Assembly (NCBI GenBank): GCA_963700635.1
Contig: CAVOYH010000003.1
Span: 736,001-800,000, forward strand
Source: an uncultured Bacteroidota bacterium
GTDB taxonomy: Bacteria > Bacteroidota > Ignavibacteria > UBA10030 > UBA6906
DNA length: 64,000 nt
Direction: 5' to 3'
Part shown: in pieces, positions 31,765-40,821 of the stretch
Layout of the letters: each line of letters opens with the position of its first letter
Position numbering within the stretch: the stretch's first letter is position 1
Notes under the pieces: model-generated
Told to the model about the DNA's origin: nothing
What the model saw: only the letters and a program-made list of their open reading frames with translations
The model's database searches: none
Position numbers and translations under genes: made by a program

Positions 31765-32097
31765 CTATCGAAACCGAATATCCTTGACCACCTTTGAACC
31801 CGCTGCCTCATTCAGCTTCGCAATAATCTCAAGCCGTTTGAGCGAGAGTTCTGCCCGCCACGGCGCCGTGGTGACACTGACATAGAGCACGCCGTTTTCA
31901 ATACGTTGCGGGCGGGCAACACGGGCGATCTGCTCTCCGACCGTTTCCTCCCACCCCGTAATTACAGAGTATCGCCGCAGCGTCTGGTCTATGCCGAGCG
32001 CCGCCGCAAACTCCGCAATGGCCTGTGCAACCCCCTTCGGTGCTTTTTTCTTCGCACCGCCCCTACGGTGTTTGCGCAGAGCAGGTGCCGCGTTCAA
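31765..32097 (-). CDS. dciA: DUF721 / DciA-like helicase-loading protein
   Basis: WEETVGEQIA, LYVSV, WRAEL, VKDIRF; recF-DUF721-gyrB synteny. Start uncertain: TTG 32097 has a GGAG SD; ATG 32133 or 32154 are alternatives. Confidence 0.8.
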   Translation of the reverse strand: MNAAPALRKHRRGGAKKKAPKGVAQAIAEFAAALGIDQTLRRYSVITGWEETVGEQIARVARPQRIENGVLYVSVTTAPWRAELSLKRLEIIAKLNEAAGSKVVKDIRFR

Positions 32098-33199
32098 TGT
32101 AAAATCTCCGATGATGGGTATTCCATTGGACATCGCGCGGTAGGATTCCCGCATCCGTCGTCGTCAGCAGCGCCTGACCGGTATCCTGTAATCGTCTTAC
32201 CACCCGGGACGCGCGTTCGCTGTCAAGCTCTGCGAACACATCATCGAGCAGCAACATGGGTGTCTCTTGACGCGTCTCACACACATACGTGTGCTCGGCA
32301 AGCTTGAGTGCAATCAACAACGTTTTATGCTCGCCCTGGGATGCAAACTCCTGAGCATTTCTTGATCGCAGCATGAACGTGAGGTCATCACGGTGTGGCC
32401 CCACGAGCGTGACGCCCCGGCGCAATTCCACGCTCTGATGCGCCGCAAGCTGTTCTTCCACAACCCGGGCGATCATATCACTTCCGCTCCCGGGGGTTAC
32501 GCCGTGTACGCTGACATACTCCAGTGAAACCGGTTCCGAAACTCCTGAAAGCTCCCCATAGGAAGAGGAAAACCACGCGCGCGTCGTTTCCACAAACTCC
32601 AGGCGCTTCTGAATGATCCTGCTGCCATACTGCACGAGGCCTTCGGTCCATGGTGCAAGGGTTGATGCAGTGAGACTTCCATGCAAGCGTCCATCAAGGA
32701 GAAGCCGGTTTCTCTGCCGCAGTATTCTCCGGTACTCCTGAAGGTCTCCAAGATAGCGGGCGTTGGTCTGACAGAGGACAATGTCGAGAAACTTGCGCCG
32801 CTCGGCGGGACCTGAGGCGATGATGCCGCCGTGATCCGGTGAAAGCAGGACGGCAGGATACTCTCCGACAATCGCAGACACTTTTTCAAGCGGTATCCCG
32901 TTGATGTGCACGGCCTTCTGTCCGCTTGAGACGGCAAACGTGATGTGTGCCTCGGACTGGTGCTCCGTGCCATCGCAAAAGGTCCCGCGAATGTCAAAGA
33001 ACTCGCAGCCATGCTGCACCGCCTGCGTATCTGCTGCCGCAAAAAAACTTTTTCCAAGACTGAAGTACGACACCGCCTCGAGAATATTTGTCTTTCCCTG
33101 TCCGTTCCGGCCGATCAGGGCATTGATGCCACCGCCGAAAGAGAGAGACGAATCCGTATGATTTCGAAAATTCCTGAGCCGTAGGGCCTGCAGCCGCAT
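32063..33199 (-). CDS. recF: DNA replication/repair protein RecF
   Basis: NFRN, GRNGQGKTN, GPHRDD, SQG, LLLDDVFAELD. Confidence 0.95.
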   Translation of the reverse strand: MRLQALRLRNFRNHTDSSLSFGGGINALIGRNGQGKTNILEAVSYFSLGKSFFAAADTQAVQHGCEFFDIRGTFCDGTEHQSEAHITFAVSSGQKAVHINGIPLEKVSAIVGEYPAVLLSPDHGGIIASGPAERRKFLDIVLCQTNARYLGDLQEYRRILRQRNRLLLDGRLHGSLTASTLAPWTEGLVQYGSRIIQKRLEFVETTRAWFSSSYGELSGVSEPVSLEYVSVHGVTPGSGSDMIARVVEEQLAAHQSVELRRGVTLVGPHRDDLTFMLRSRNAQEFASQGEHKTLLIALKLAEHTYVCETRQETPMLLLDDVFAELDSERASRVVRRLQDTGQALLTTTDAGILPRDVQWNTHHRRFYIERGTCSAQTP

Positions 33200-33226
33200 A
33201 GGGTCACGCCCTTCATAGAATACGGC

Positions 33227-33247
33227 AGCCCCGCTTGCGACGGGGCT
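33227..33247 (-). other. GC-rich hairpin between dnaN and recF (no U-tract)
   Basis: AGCCCCG-7 nt-CGGGGCT. Confidence 0.45.
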
Positions 33248-33304
33248 CCGTATGACGGCAGACTCTCTCTCCTGGACAGGTGTCTACCAGCATGATCTGC
33301 AATC

Positions 33305-34420
33305 TCAACTGTTCAAACGCACAGGCATAATTAACATCAGCGTATCTTCCTGTGCCGGGGCTTCTGCGGGTTTGACAATTCCCGCCCTCGTTGACGTCCC
33401 AAATTTCATGGTTATCTGATCCCCGTCGATGTGCGAGAGAATGTCTACCAGATAGGTGGCATTAAATCCTATTTCCATCCCCTCAGCCGCATACTGACAC
33501 GGAAGCAGTTCGTGTGCTTCTCCTCCAAAATCAACGTCCTGTGCGCTGAGTTTTAACGCGTTGGAGGCCAGGTCAAAACGAATCTGATGTGTGCTTGCGC
33601 TTGCATACAGGGCAACACGCCGGATGGAATTAATGAGTTCTTCCCTGTTGATTGTCAGAATCTTCGCATTGTCGAGAGGAATTACACTTTCATAATTTGG
33701 ATAACTTTCTTCGATCAGACGTGATACCAGAACAGTCTGTTCATACTGAAAGCGAACGTGCGTCTCACTTGTACTCACTGTACAGGCGCCCGTTTCCAGA
33801 CCTTTTACCAGAATGCCCAGAACTTTGGCCGGAACAATGATATCGCGTCCAAGCTGCGCCCCCTTTTCAGGCCGGTACACAAATTGAGATAGCCGGTGCC
33901 CGTCCGTTGAAACCGCTCTAATTTCTTTGCCGTTGGTTTGTAACAAAATACCCATCATCGCCGGCCTTAGTTCATCCATGCTGACGGCAAAAGCCGTACG
34001 ATGCACAATTTTTCTCAACACACTGCTGTCCAGAACAATTTCTGATGTTCCCTTAAATTCCGGAACGACCGGATATTCCTTGGCCGGCTCACCCGTGAGA
34101 GAATATTCCCCGTTCGGCGTTGTAATGCGAATTTTACTCTGTGTTGTGTCGATGACAAATGTTGCATCGGTAACCGGCAGGGACCGAATTGTATCGGTCA
34201 GGCGCTTTGCAGGAATGGCTATTTTACCATCTTCTGCACCCACTACCTGCAGCACAATGGTGGACGAAACTATTTGATCCGTCGCGGTAACACTGAGCAT
34301 TCCATTTACCAACTCGAACAAAAACGTCTCCAAAATTGGCATCGGTGATTTTGTGGGAACAACCCCGCCGATTTTGGATAATACGCGCTGGAGGTCCGAG
34401 GTACTTACGGTAAATTTCAT
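33305..34420 (-). CDS. dnaN: DNA polymerase III beta sliding clamp
   Basis: ATD, STDGHRL, YPNY, IGFN, LIMPVR; SD AAGGAG. Confidence 0.96.
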   Translation of the reverse strand: MKFTVSTSDLQRVLSKIGGVVPTKSPMPILETFLFELVNGMLSVTATDQIVSSTIVLQVVGAEDGKIAIPAKRLTDTIRSLPVTDATFVIDTTQSKIRITTPNGEYSLTGEPAKEYPVVPEFKGTSEIVLDSSVLRKIVHRTAFAVSMDELRPAMMGILLQTNGKEIRAVSTDGHRLSQFVYRPEKGAQLGRDIIVPAKVLGILVKGLETGACTVSTSETHVRFQYEQTVLVSRLIEESYPNYESVIPLDNAKILTINREELINSIRRVALYASASTHQIRFDLASNALKLSAQDVDFGGEAHELLPCQYAAEGMEIGFNATYLVDILSHIDGDQITMKFGTSTRAGIVKPAEAPAQEDTLMLIMPVRLNS

Positions 34421-34796
34421 CGCGATCTCCTTGGGAGGAAAAATATGAGCAGATGTGAAGAGACTATATCCCGGTAAATATACGGAAATCTGACGTTATA
34501 ATCCAATATATCCGTGTATATATACAATATAAGATTAGTAATATACGATGTGCATATGTTGATGAGTGAAGAAAACAAGATCGTCGGTCATACGGGTGCG
34601 GATTCAAAAGATATTACTTCAAGAAACAGTTGAGTGAGTTGTGTGTGGATGGTGAATACAGTTATGCACAGAAAGGGTTTGAATAGAAATTGTGTGTCAA
34701 ACAGAGAAGGATAATACACAGGGTATTCACAACTGTTCACAACGTCTCTACAGGTATGTACACAGGTTATAGACAGAGGGTTAGGAGAGCAAAGAG
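34421..34796. promoter_or_regulatory. Probable oriC unwinding region (dnaA-dnaN intergenic)
   Basis: AT-rich tract at about 34495-34546 with TAG-TAA-TAT trio-like run next to boxes TGTGCATAT and TGTTGATGA (34549-34565); TTATGCACA 34662-34670; phased degenerate boxes 34712-34775. Gene orientation diverges at dnaA/rpmH. Confidence 0.8.
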
Positions 34797-36338
34797 CTAC
34801 ACGTGGCCAAGCAGTTGCAGCCGCTTTTTCACCTGTTGAACATGAGTCTGATATTTTGAATCCACGCGCATCATATCTTCGACCGATTGATATGCATGAA
34901 TTACGGTACTGTGATCACGCCCGCCGAAATGAAGCCCGATAGTCTTGAGTGAAGCGTTTGTGAGTTCTTTTGACAGATACATTGCTATCTGGCGGGCATT
35001 GACGATTTCCTGTTTTCGTGTCTTTGCCCGGATAAGATCCTCGGGAATGTTAAAATACTCACACACGATCCGCTGAATGCTTTCGATGGTAATAGGCGAA
35101 CGGACGTCACCCACCACCACTCTCAGCACATCCCGCGCAAGGTCGAGAGTTATTTCTCTTCCTTCGAGAGAAGCACGGGCGAGCATGCTGATAAGGCATC
35201 CTTCCAATTCGCGGATGTTGGTCGTCACATTTGCGGCTATAAATTCCACCACATCCTGGGGAAGTTCAATACCATCATCCTCACTTTTTTTGCGGAGAAT
35301 GGCGATACGTGTTTCAAGATCGGGTGCCTGGATGTCTGATGTGAGGCCCCATTGAAATCTCGAAAGAAGCCGGTCGTCAAGGCCTTTGAGTTCTTTAGGC
35401 GGCCGATCTGACGAGAGAATGATCTGTTTACCCAGCTGGTGTAATTCATTAAACGTATGGAAGAAGTTGTCCTGGGTCTTTTCCTTTCCAGAAAAGAACT
35501 GGATATCATCCACAATGAGTACATCCATGCTGCGATAAAAGTTGGAAAAATCGCTGATTCTGTCGCTTTGTATGGCGTCAACGAATTCGACGGTAAATTT
35601 TTCGCTGGACACGTACATTACGCGTTTCGCTTTGCGGGTGGTCAACGCGTGGTTGCCTATTGCCTGAATGAGATGGGTCTTACCGAGGCCGGTCCCGCCA
35701 TAAATGACAAGAGGATTAAAGGACGTCCCGCCCGGATTGTTTGACACTGCCGATGCGGCTGCGCGTGCCAGCTGGTTGCTATCACCTTTGATAAAATTCT
35801 CAAACGTGTACCGTGGATTGAGGAATGTCTGGAAATTCATAGTATCCGTCGTTGTCTGGGAAACCTTACGAACGGGCAGTGGTGGTGCGGGAATGGGTGG
35901 TTGGGTAATGCGGACAGGTGATGCCGGCATGGGTGTGTAGTCGAGGTCCATCGTTAGTTCCTCGGTACGGACAGAATATTCAAGGTGGGCGTCGGGGCCG
36001 AGAACCCGTGTGATCGTGGTATTGATGATTCCATAGTAGTGTTCTTCAAGCCAGTCATAGAAGAACTGGCTTGGGACCTGGACCGTAAGAGTGCCCCCCT
36101 GGAGATTCTGGGGGACGATTGGTTCAAACCAGGTTTTAAAACTTTGCGAGTTTACCCGTTCTTTTATCAGATCGAGGCACGCGGCCCAGACATGTCTGGC
36201 CTGTTCGATCTCTGTGGGAAGGGTCTTCGCCACGGGATCGTTATGCTCTGGGATTGCAGAGGTTGAGAGGTTGTCCATAGATTCTGTCATGTTGTCCACA
36301 CTGTTATCCACAAGTGCGGGCTGATCAAATGGCGGCAT
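34797..36338 (-). CDS. dnaA: Chromosomal replication initiator
   Basis: SFKTWF, YTFENF, GGTGLGKTHL, DDIQF, RFQWGL, GGRDHSTV. Start uncertain (36338, 36290 or 36278). Confidence 0.97.
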   Translation of the reverse strand: MPPFDQPALVDNSVDNMTESMDNLSTSAIPEHNDPVAKTLPTEIEQARHVWAACLDLIKERVNSQSFKTWFEPIVPQNLQGGTLTVQVPSQFFYDWLEEHYYGIINTTITRVLGPDAHLEYSVRTEELTMDLDYTPMPASPVRITQPPIPAPPLPVRKVSQTTTDTMNFQTFLNPRYTFENFIKGDSNQLARAAASAVSNNPGGTSFNPLVIYGGTGLGKTHLIQAIGNHALTTRKAKRVMYVSSEKFTVEFVDAIQSDRISDFSNFYRSMDVLIVDDIQFFSGKEKTQDNFFHTFNELHQLGKQIILSSDRPPKELKGLDDRLLSRFQWGLTSDIQAPDLETRIAILRKKSEDDGIELPQDVVEFIAANVTTNIRELEGCLISMLARASLEGREITLDLARDVLRVVVGDVRSPITIESIQRIVCEYFNIPEDLIRAKTRKQEIVNARQIAMYLSKELTNASLKTIGLHFGGRDHSTVIHAYQSVEDMMRVDSKYQTHVQQVKKRLQLLGHV

Positions 36339-36510
36339 TGTTTACCACATTCTTATCCACATATGCACAATAACATTCTGCCGGGCAAGAGGCATGAATA
36401 CAGTCACTTATGGGGTTCTTTTCTTACGGAGCGTGATGAATGTCAGCAGTTCTGAAGCAGGTCCATGTGCACGAAGGGGGGGGCTAAAAGATACGCACAC
36501 ATTATCCACA
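36271..36510. promoter_or_regulatory. DnaA-box cluster at the 5' end of dnaA (autoregulation or second half of a bipartite oriC)
   Basis: TTGTCCATA 36271, TTGTCCACA 36292, TTATCCACA 36304, TTTACCACA 36341, TTATCCACA 36353, ATATGCACA 36361, TTATCCACA 36502; all co-oriented. Confidence 0.85.
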
Positions 36511-36536
36511 ACAATACACTGGCCTGATCTTAGTGG

Positions 36537-36565
36537 ATTATAACATATCGGAGGGGGCGTCGCAA
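36537..36565 (-). promoter_or_regulatory. dnaA promoter
   Basis: Minus strand TTGCGA-17 nt-TATAAT with an extended TGn. Confidence 0.75.
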
Positions 36566-36597
36566 GTGAATTCTTTCCCATTTTCATCGGGCGAGTA

Positions 36598-36626
36598 TTG
36601 AACTTGTATCCCGTTTTTGGTATGTT
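36598..36626 (+). promoter_or_regulatory. rpmH operon promoter
   Basis: TTGAAC-17 nt-TATGTT with an extended TGn; divergent from the dnaA promoter. Confidence 0.65.
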
Positions 36627-36675
36627 ATGCTGCTTAGTCCATTTTTCTTCATTCACGCACGTCGGGCAGGGTTTT

Positions 36676-36822
36676 ATGAAGCGCACATTCCAGCCGCACA
36701 AAAGAAAGCGTCGAAATACACACGGATTCAGGGCGCGGATGGCGACGAAGAACGGCCGCAGGGTGCTTTCACGTCGTCGGGCTCGCGGACGCAAAAAACT
36801 GACGGTCAGCGACGAACGGTAG
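36676..36822 (+). CDS. rpmH: 50S ribosomal protein L34
   Basis: MKRTFQP...[24 protein letters not shown]. Confidence 0.97.
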   Translation: MKRTFQPHKRKRRNTHGFRARMATKNGRRVLSRRRARGRKKLTVSDER

Positions 36823-37215
36823 GTGAAACACCAGGGCGCGCTGCGGGGTCATGAGAGCTTTCACCGCGTATTCTCCGGCGGCCGCAGGGTCGCCGGCACC
36901 CTCATCCAATGCGTGTATCTGCTCGAATCATCCGGCCATCCGGTCCTTCGCGCTGGCTACGCGGTCCCCCATAGCAGGTATCATGCCGTCCGTCGAAACA
37001 GGCTGCGCCGGTTGATGCGTGAGGCGTTTCGCCTGGAAAGTGCCCCGCTCCGTGAAGCTGTCGTGTCCAACCGGATTTCTGCCGACCTCGTGTTTCTGTT
37101 TCGGCCCAAAAGTGATGTCCATGTTGAACGGCTCACCGTGTTTCCTGTGCGCACCGAAATTGCCGGATTCTGCAGGAGAATCCAGGAGCGTCTCGAGGAA
37201 CATGCTCGTACGTGA
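36823..37215 (+). CDS. rnpA: Ribonuclease P protein component
   Basis: AVRRNRLRRLMREAFR (RNR motif); synteny. Confidence 0.9.
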   Translation: MKHQGALRGHESFHRVFSGGRRVAGTLIQCVYLLESSGHPVLRAGYAVPHSRYHAVRRNRLRRLMREAFRLESAPLREAVVSNRISADLVFLFRPKSDVHVERLTVFPVRTEIAGFCRRIQERLEEHART

Positions 37216-37417
37216 AGCGCTGGTATTCGTTTTGCGGCTGTACCAGGCGCTGGTGTCGCCGCTGCTCCCCCCGAATACCTGCCGATTTACTCCCACGTGC
37301 TCACAGTATGCCATCGATGCGGTGCGGAAGTATGGTGTGCTGAGCGGGAGCTGGCGCGCTCTAAAGCGGATCGGTCGGTGTAATCCTTTTCATCCGGGCG
37401 GATACGATCCCGCCTGA
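37202..37417 (+). CDS. yidD: Membrane protein insertion efficiency factor
   Basis: YQALVSP, CRFTPTCSQY, RCNPFHPGGYDP. Confidence 0.95.
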   Translation: MLVREALVFVLRLYQALVSPLLPPNTCRFTPTCSQYAIDAVRKYGVLSGSWRALKRIGRCNPFHPGGYDPA

Positions 37418-37441
37418 TTACCTTTTTGAACGAGGGTTGTT

Positions 37442-39232
37442 ATGGAAAAGCAATCAACGCTGGGCTTTGTGCTGATCGGCATCATCCTGATTGCCTGGAT
37501 GTGGCTGCAGTCTCCGCCCCCTCAGCCACAGACGGTTGCCCCGGCGGACACCACACACACACCGGTGGCGAGGCCCAAACCGCAACCACCGCCTGCGGAC
37601 ATATCAACGCCGAGCCCGCGCGTTGCCCCAGCGGATGAATTCGGAACGTTTTTTGCAGAGCGTGCCTCCGGCGATGAAAAGGTGGTGATCATCACGACGG
37701 ATCTGTACACTGCGGAGATTTCCTCCAAAGGCGGTCTTCTCAGAAAATGGGAGCTCCACGCATACAAGACCTGGGATGGCCAGCCGGTTCAGCTTGTGGA
37801 GTTCGACAAGGGTGGCGATCTGAGCTTGTTGTTTACCTCACGCGACGGGAAACTGATCAACACCCGTGATCTTCACTTCGACATCAAGGGGGCGCAGTGG
37901 CAGCATATACGCCTGAACGGGTCGGATTCCGTGACGATCGTCTGTTCTCTCCCCGTGAGCAACGGCGGCAGGCTGGTGAAAAACCTTACGTTCAGAAACG
38001 GAAGTTATCAGTTTGATGCCGGATTCTCGTTCGAACGTTTGGCGTCCGTGATCTCCAATTATGAATACCAGATCGTATGGGAACACGGACTGCGCTATGC
38101 GGAACGTAATAGTGTGGATGAATCGGGCTATGCCATGGGGTATGTGTATTCCGGCGGCGAATTGACGGAGGTGGATGCGACAAGTGCGGGGGAGCGTACG
38201 GAGCGTGATGTGACGGGGGCTACCGACTGGGTGGCGACACGGAACAAGTATTTTCTGCTGGCGTTATTGCCGAAATCTCCGAAAAGCGAAGGTGCCTTTG
38301 TCGAGGGTACACATGTGCTGCTGGCCGACAAGGGCGAGAAGGAGGCGTATACACTTGCACTGAAGATGCCCTTCCGGAGCGGGGGGAGCGAGCGGGCGGA
38401 CATCAGCGTTTATCTTGGTCCGATGCAGTATGACACGGTCAAGACGATCGGCAGGCACGTCGAGGAGACGATGAATCTCGGAGCGGCGTGGATTATCCGG
38501 CCGATATCCGAGTATGTGATGATACCGCTCTTCCAGTTCCTGCGGATGTTTATCCCGAATTACGGCCTCGTGATCATCGTGTTCTCGATCATCATCAAGT
38601 TTGCGTTGCATCCCTTGACGCGCACGAGCATGAAGGGGATGCGGAAGATGCAGGCGTTAACACCTCTGATGAATGAGATCCGTGAGAAGCACAAGGACGA
38701 CCCCCAGAAAATGAACGCACAGGTGATGAACCTGTACAAGGAGTACGGGGTAAATCCGGCTGCCGGTTGTCTTCCGTTATTGCTCCAGATGCCGATCCTG
38801 TTCGCGTTGTATTCGGTCTTCCGGTCCTCCATTGAACTCCGTCAGGCAAGTTTTGTCTGGTGGATTACCGACCTCTCTATTCCGGATGCGTTTGCAACGC
38901 TGCCCTTTACGATCCCTCTCTTCGGCATGAACGAGGTCAGCGGACTCGCCGTGGTGATGGGCATTACGATGTTCATCCAGCAGAAGATGACCGTGACGGA
39001 TCCCCGGCAGAAAGCCATGATCTACATGATGCCGGTGATGATGACATTACTCTTCAACAGCCTTCCGTCCGGCCTTAATCTCTACTACTTCATTTTCAAT
39101 CTCCTCTCGATAGGCCAGCAGATGATATTCAACCGGCAGCACAAAGACGAGCCGCTGCGGAAAGTGGATCCGAAAAAGGCGGGGGGGGGAATTCTGGGCC
39201 GCATAGCGAAAGATCTGCCGAAGGTGAAGTGA
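37442..39232 (+). CDS. yidC: Membrane protein insertase
   Basis: N-terminal TM, periplasmic domain, NYG, GCLPLLLQMPI, WITDLS, PSGLNLY. Confidence 0.96.
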   Translation: MEKQSTLGFVLIGIILIAWMWLQSPPPQPQTVAPADTTHTPVARPKPQPPPADISTPSPRVAPADEFGTFFAERASGDEKVVIITTDLYTAEISSKGGLLRKWELHAYKTWDGQPVQLVEFDKGGDLSLLFTSRDGKLINTRDLHFDIKGAQWQHIRLNGSDSVTIVCSLPVSNGGRLVKNLTFRNGSYQFDAGFSFERLASVISNYEYQIVWEHGLRYAERNSVDESGYAMGYVYSGGELTEVDATSAGERTERDVTGATDWVATRNKYFLLALLPKSPKSEGAFVEGTHVLLADKGEKEAYTLALKMPFRSGGSERADISVYLGPMQYDTVKTIGRHVEETMNLGAAWIIRPISEYVMIPLFQFLRMFIPNYGLVIIVFSIIIKFALHPLTRTSMKGMRKMQALTPLMNEIREKHKDDPQKMNAQVMNLYKEYGVNPAAGCLPLLLQMPILFALYSVFRSSIELRQASFVWWITDLSIPDAFATLPFTIPLFGMNEVSGLAVVMGITMFIQQKMTVTDPRQKAMIYMMPVMMTLLFNSLPSGLNLYYFIFNLLSIGQQMIFNRQHKDEPLRKVDPKKAGGGILGRIAKDLPKVK

Positions 39233-39263
39233 AGCAGAAACGGAGGAAGCCGGGTTTTGTAAG

Positions 39264-39292
39264 AGCCTGCCGGAAACGGCGGGCTTTTTTTT
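39264..39292 (+). terminator. Intrinsic terminator after yidC
   Basis: AGCCTGCCG-GAAA-CGGCGGGCT followed by a T-run. Confidence 0.88.
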
Positions 39293-39337
39293 GTCGTGTC
39301 GGAATTGCAGGAAATATTCGGTGCACGGTAGGCCGCG

Positions 39338-39366
39338 TTGCGCCTGTATAGGGGGATTCGTAGATT
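39338..39366 (+). promoter_or_regulatory. Possible mnmE operon promoter
   Basis: TTGCGC-17 nt-TAGATT just after the terminator. Confidence 0.4.
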
Positions 39367-39426
39367 TATGAAGGAAACGGTAGATGGATGTATGCCTGGC
39401 AAAGGACTTCGTGCATGGATGCGGGA

Positions 39427-40809
39427 ATGAGCGACACGATTGTTGCGGTGGGAACGCCGCCGGGTTCTGGCGCGCTTGCGATAGTCCGTGTGAGCGGTCC
39501 CGAGGCGATCGCGGTGGCGGGAAAAATATTCCGGGGTTCAGTGGAACTCTCCACGGTTGCGGGGTATACCGTGCATTACGGGCACGCGCTGGATTCGATG
39601 GGGAAGAGGGTGGATGAGGTGCTGGCAACGGTGTTCCGCGCGCCGAAGTCCTTTACCGGCGAAGAGATGGTGGAGATTTGTTGCCATGGCGGGGCACTCG
39701 TTACCCGCACGGTCATGGAATCGGTGATGGCGGCGGGTGCGCGTCCGGCAGCCCCCGGAGAATTTACGCGGCGGGCATTTCTGAGTGGCCGTATTGATTT
39801 GTCACAGGCGGAGGCGGTAGCGGATCTGATTGCTGCCCGGAGCCGGAGGGGGCAGAGCGTATCGCTGGATCACCTGGAGGGTCGTCTGGGGGTGACGGTG
39901 CGCGGGTTACGTCAGGAAATCGTAGATTTATGTGCGTTATTGGAGATTAACCTGGATTTTAGTGAAGAAGGGCTGGATCTGATCAGCCCTCCGGAGCTAA
40001 CGGAAAAAATCGATGCGCTCCGCCTGCGGATCAGCACACTGGCGGCGTCCTATCAGCACGGGCGGCTGTATCGTGAGGGCGTGTCCGTAGTCCTGGCAGG
40101 CGAACCCAATTCAGGCAAGTCGAGCCTCTTTAATGCCCTTCTGAAACAGGACAGAGCCATCGTTACACACATCCCGGGGACGACGCGCGATGCACTTGAA
40201 GAGAGTATTCTCATCGAAGGGATTCTCTTCCGGCTTACAGATACGGCTGGCCTGAGAGAAACATCAGATCATGTGGAACGATTGGGCGTTGAACGGTCCA
40301 GAGCCGCAGTAACAAGAGCTGACATCGTTCTGCATGTTATGGATGCGGAAATTTCTCCGTCCGTTGAAGCCCATCTTGACCGAATGGCTATCCATGAGAA
40401 GGGTCAGCACTTTCTTCCTGTTCTGAACAAGTGTGACCTGCTTCAAACATGGCCTGAAAATGCGGGACGGCTGCCCGGTGTGTATGGTGAACACCCGGTC
40501 GTTCCGGTTTCAGCGAAGAGCGGGAAGGGTCTGGAAGATCTGCGCGGCGCGCTGATACATCTGGTTACGACCGATCTTTCATTCGGTGAAGAAGATGTGT
40601 GCATAACGAATCTCAGGCACAAAGAGTGCCTCATGAAGGCTCAAGTTGCGATGGATTCGGGTAAGGCATCCCTGGACCAAAATGTTTCACACGAGTTTAT
40701 AGCGTTTGATATTCGCGAAGCTGCCGCTGCCCTGGCGGAAATAACCGGGGAGCTTACCAGCGAAGAAGTCCTAAATCACATTTTTTCGCGTTTCTGTATC
40801 GGGAAGTAG
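39427..40809 (+). CDS. mnmE: tRNA modification GTPase
   Basis: DTIVA, GEFTRRAF, GEPNSGKSS, GTTRD, DTAG, NKCD, FCIGK. Start at 39427 or 39415. Confidence 0.96.
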   Translation: MSDTIVAVGTPPGSGALAIVRVSGPEAIAVAGKIFRGSVELSTVAGYTVHYGHALDSMGKRVDEVLATVFRAPKSFTGEEMVEICCHGGALVTRTVMESVMAAGARPAAPGEFTRRAFLSGRIDLSQAEAVADLIAARSRRGQSVSLDHLEGRLGVTVRGLRQEIVDLCALLEINLDFSEEGLDLISPPELTEKIDALRLRISTLAASYQHGRLYREGVSVVLAGEPNSGKSSLFNALLKQDRAIVTHIPGTTRDALEESILIEGILFRLTDTAGLRETSDHVERLGVERSRAAVTRADIVLHVMDAEISPSVEAHLDRMAIHEKGQHFLPVLNKCDLLQTWPENAGRLPGVYGEHPVVPVSAKSGKGLEDLRGALIHLVTTDLSFGEEDVCITNLRHKECLMKAQVAMDSGKASLDQNVSHEFIAFDIREAAAALAEITGELTSEEVLNHIFSRFCIGK

Positions 40810-40821
40810 AAGGATGGCTGT

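Noticed and set aside
40683-40698. Third parS inside mnmE (TGTTTCACACGAGTTT)
   Set aside because: Only one half-site matches.
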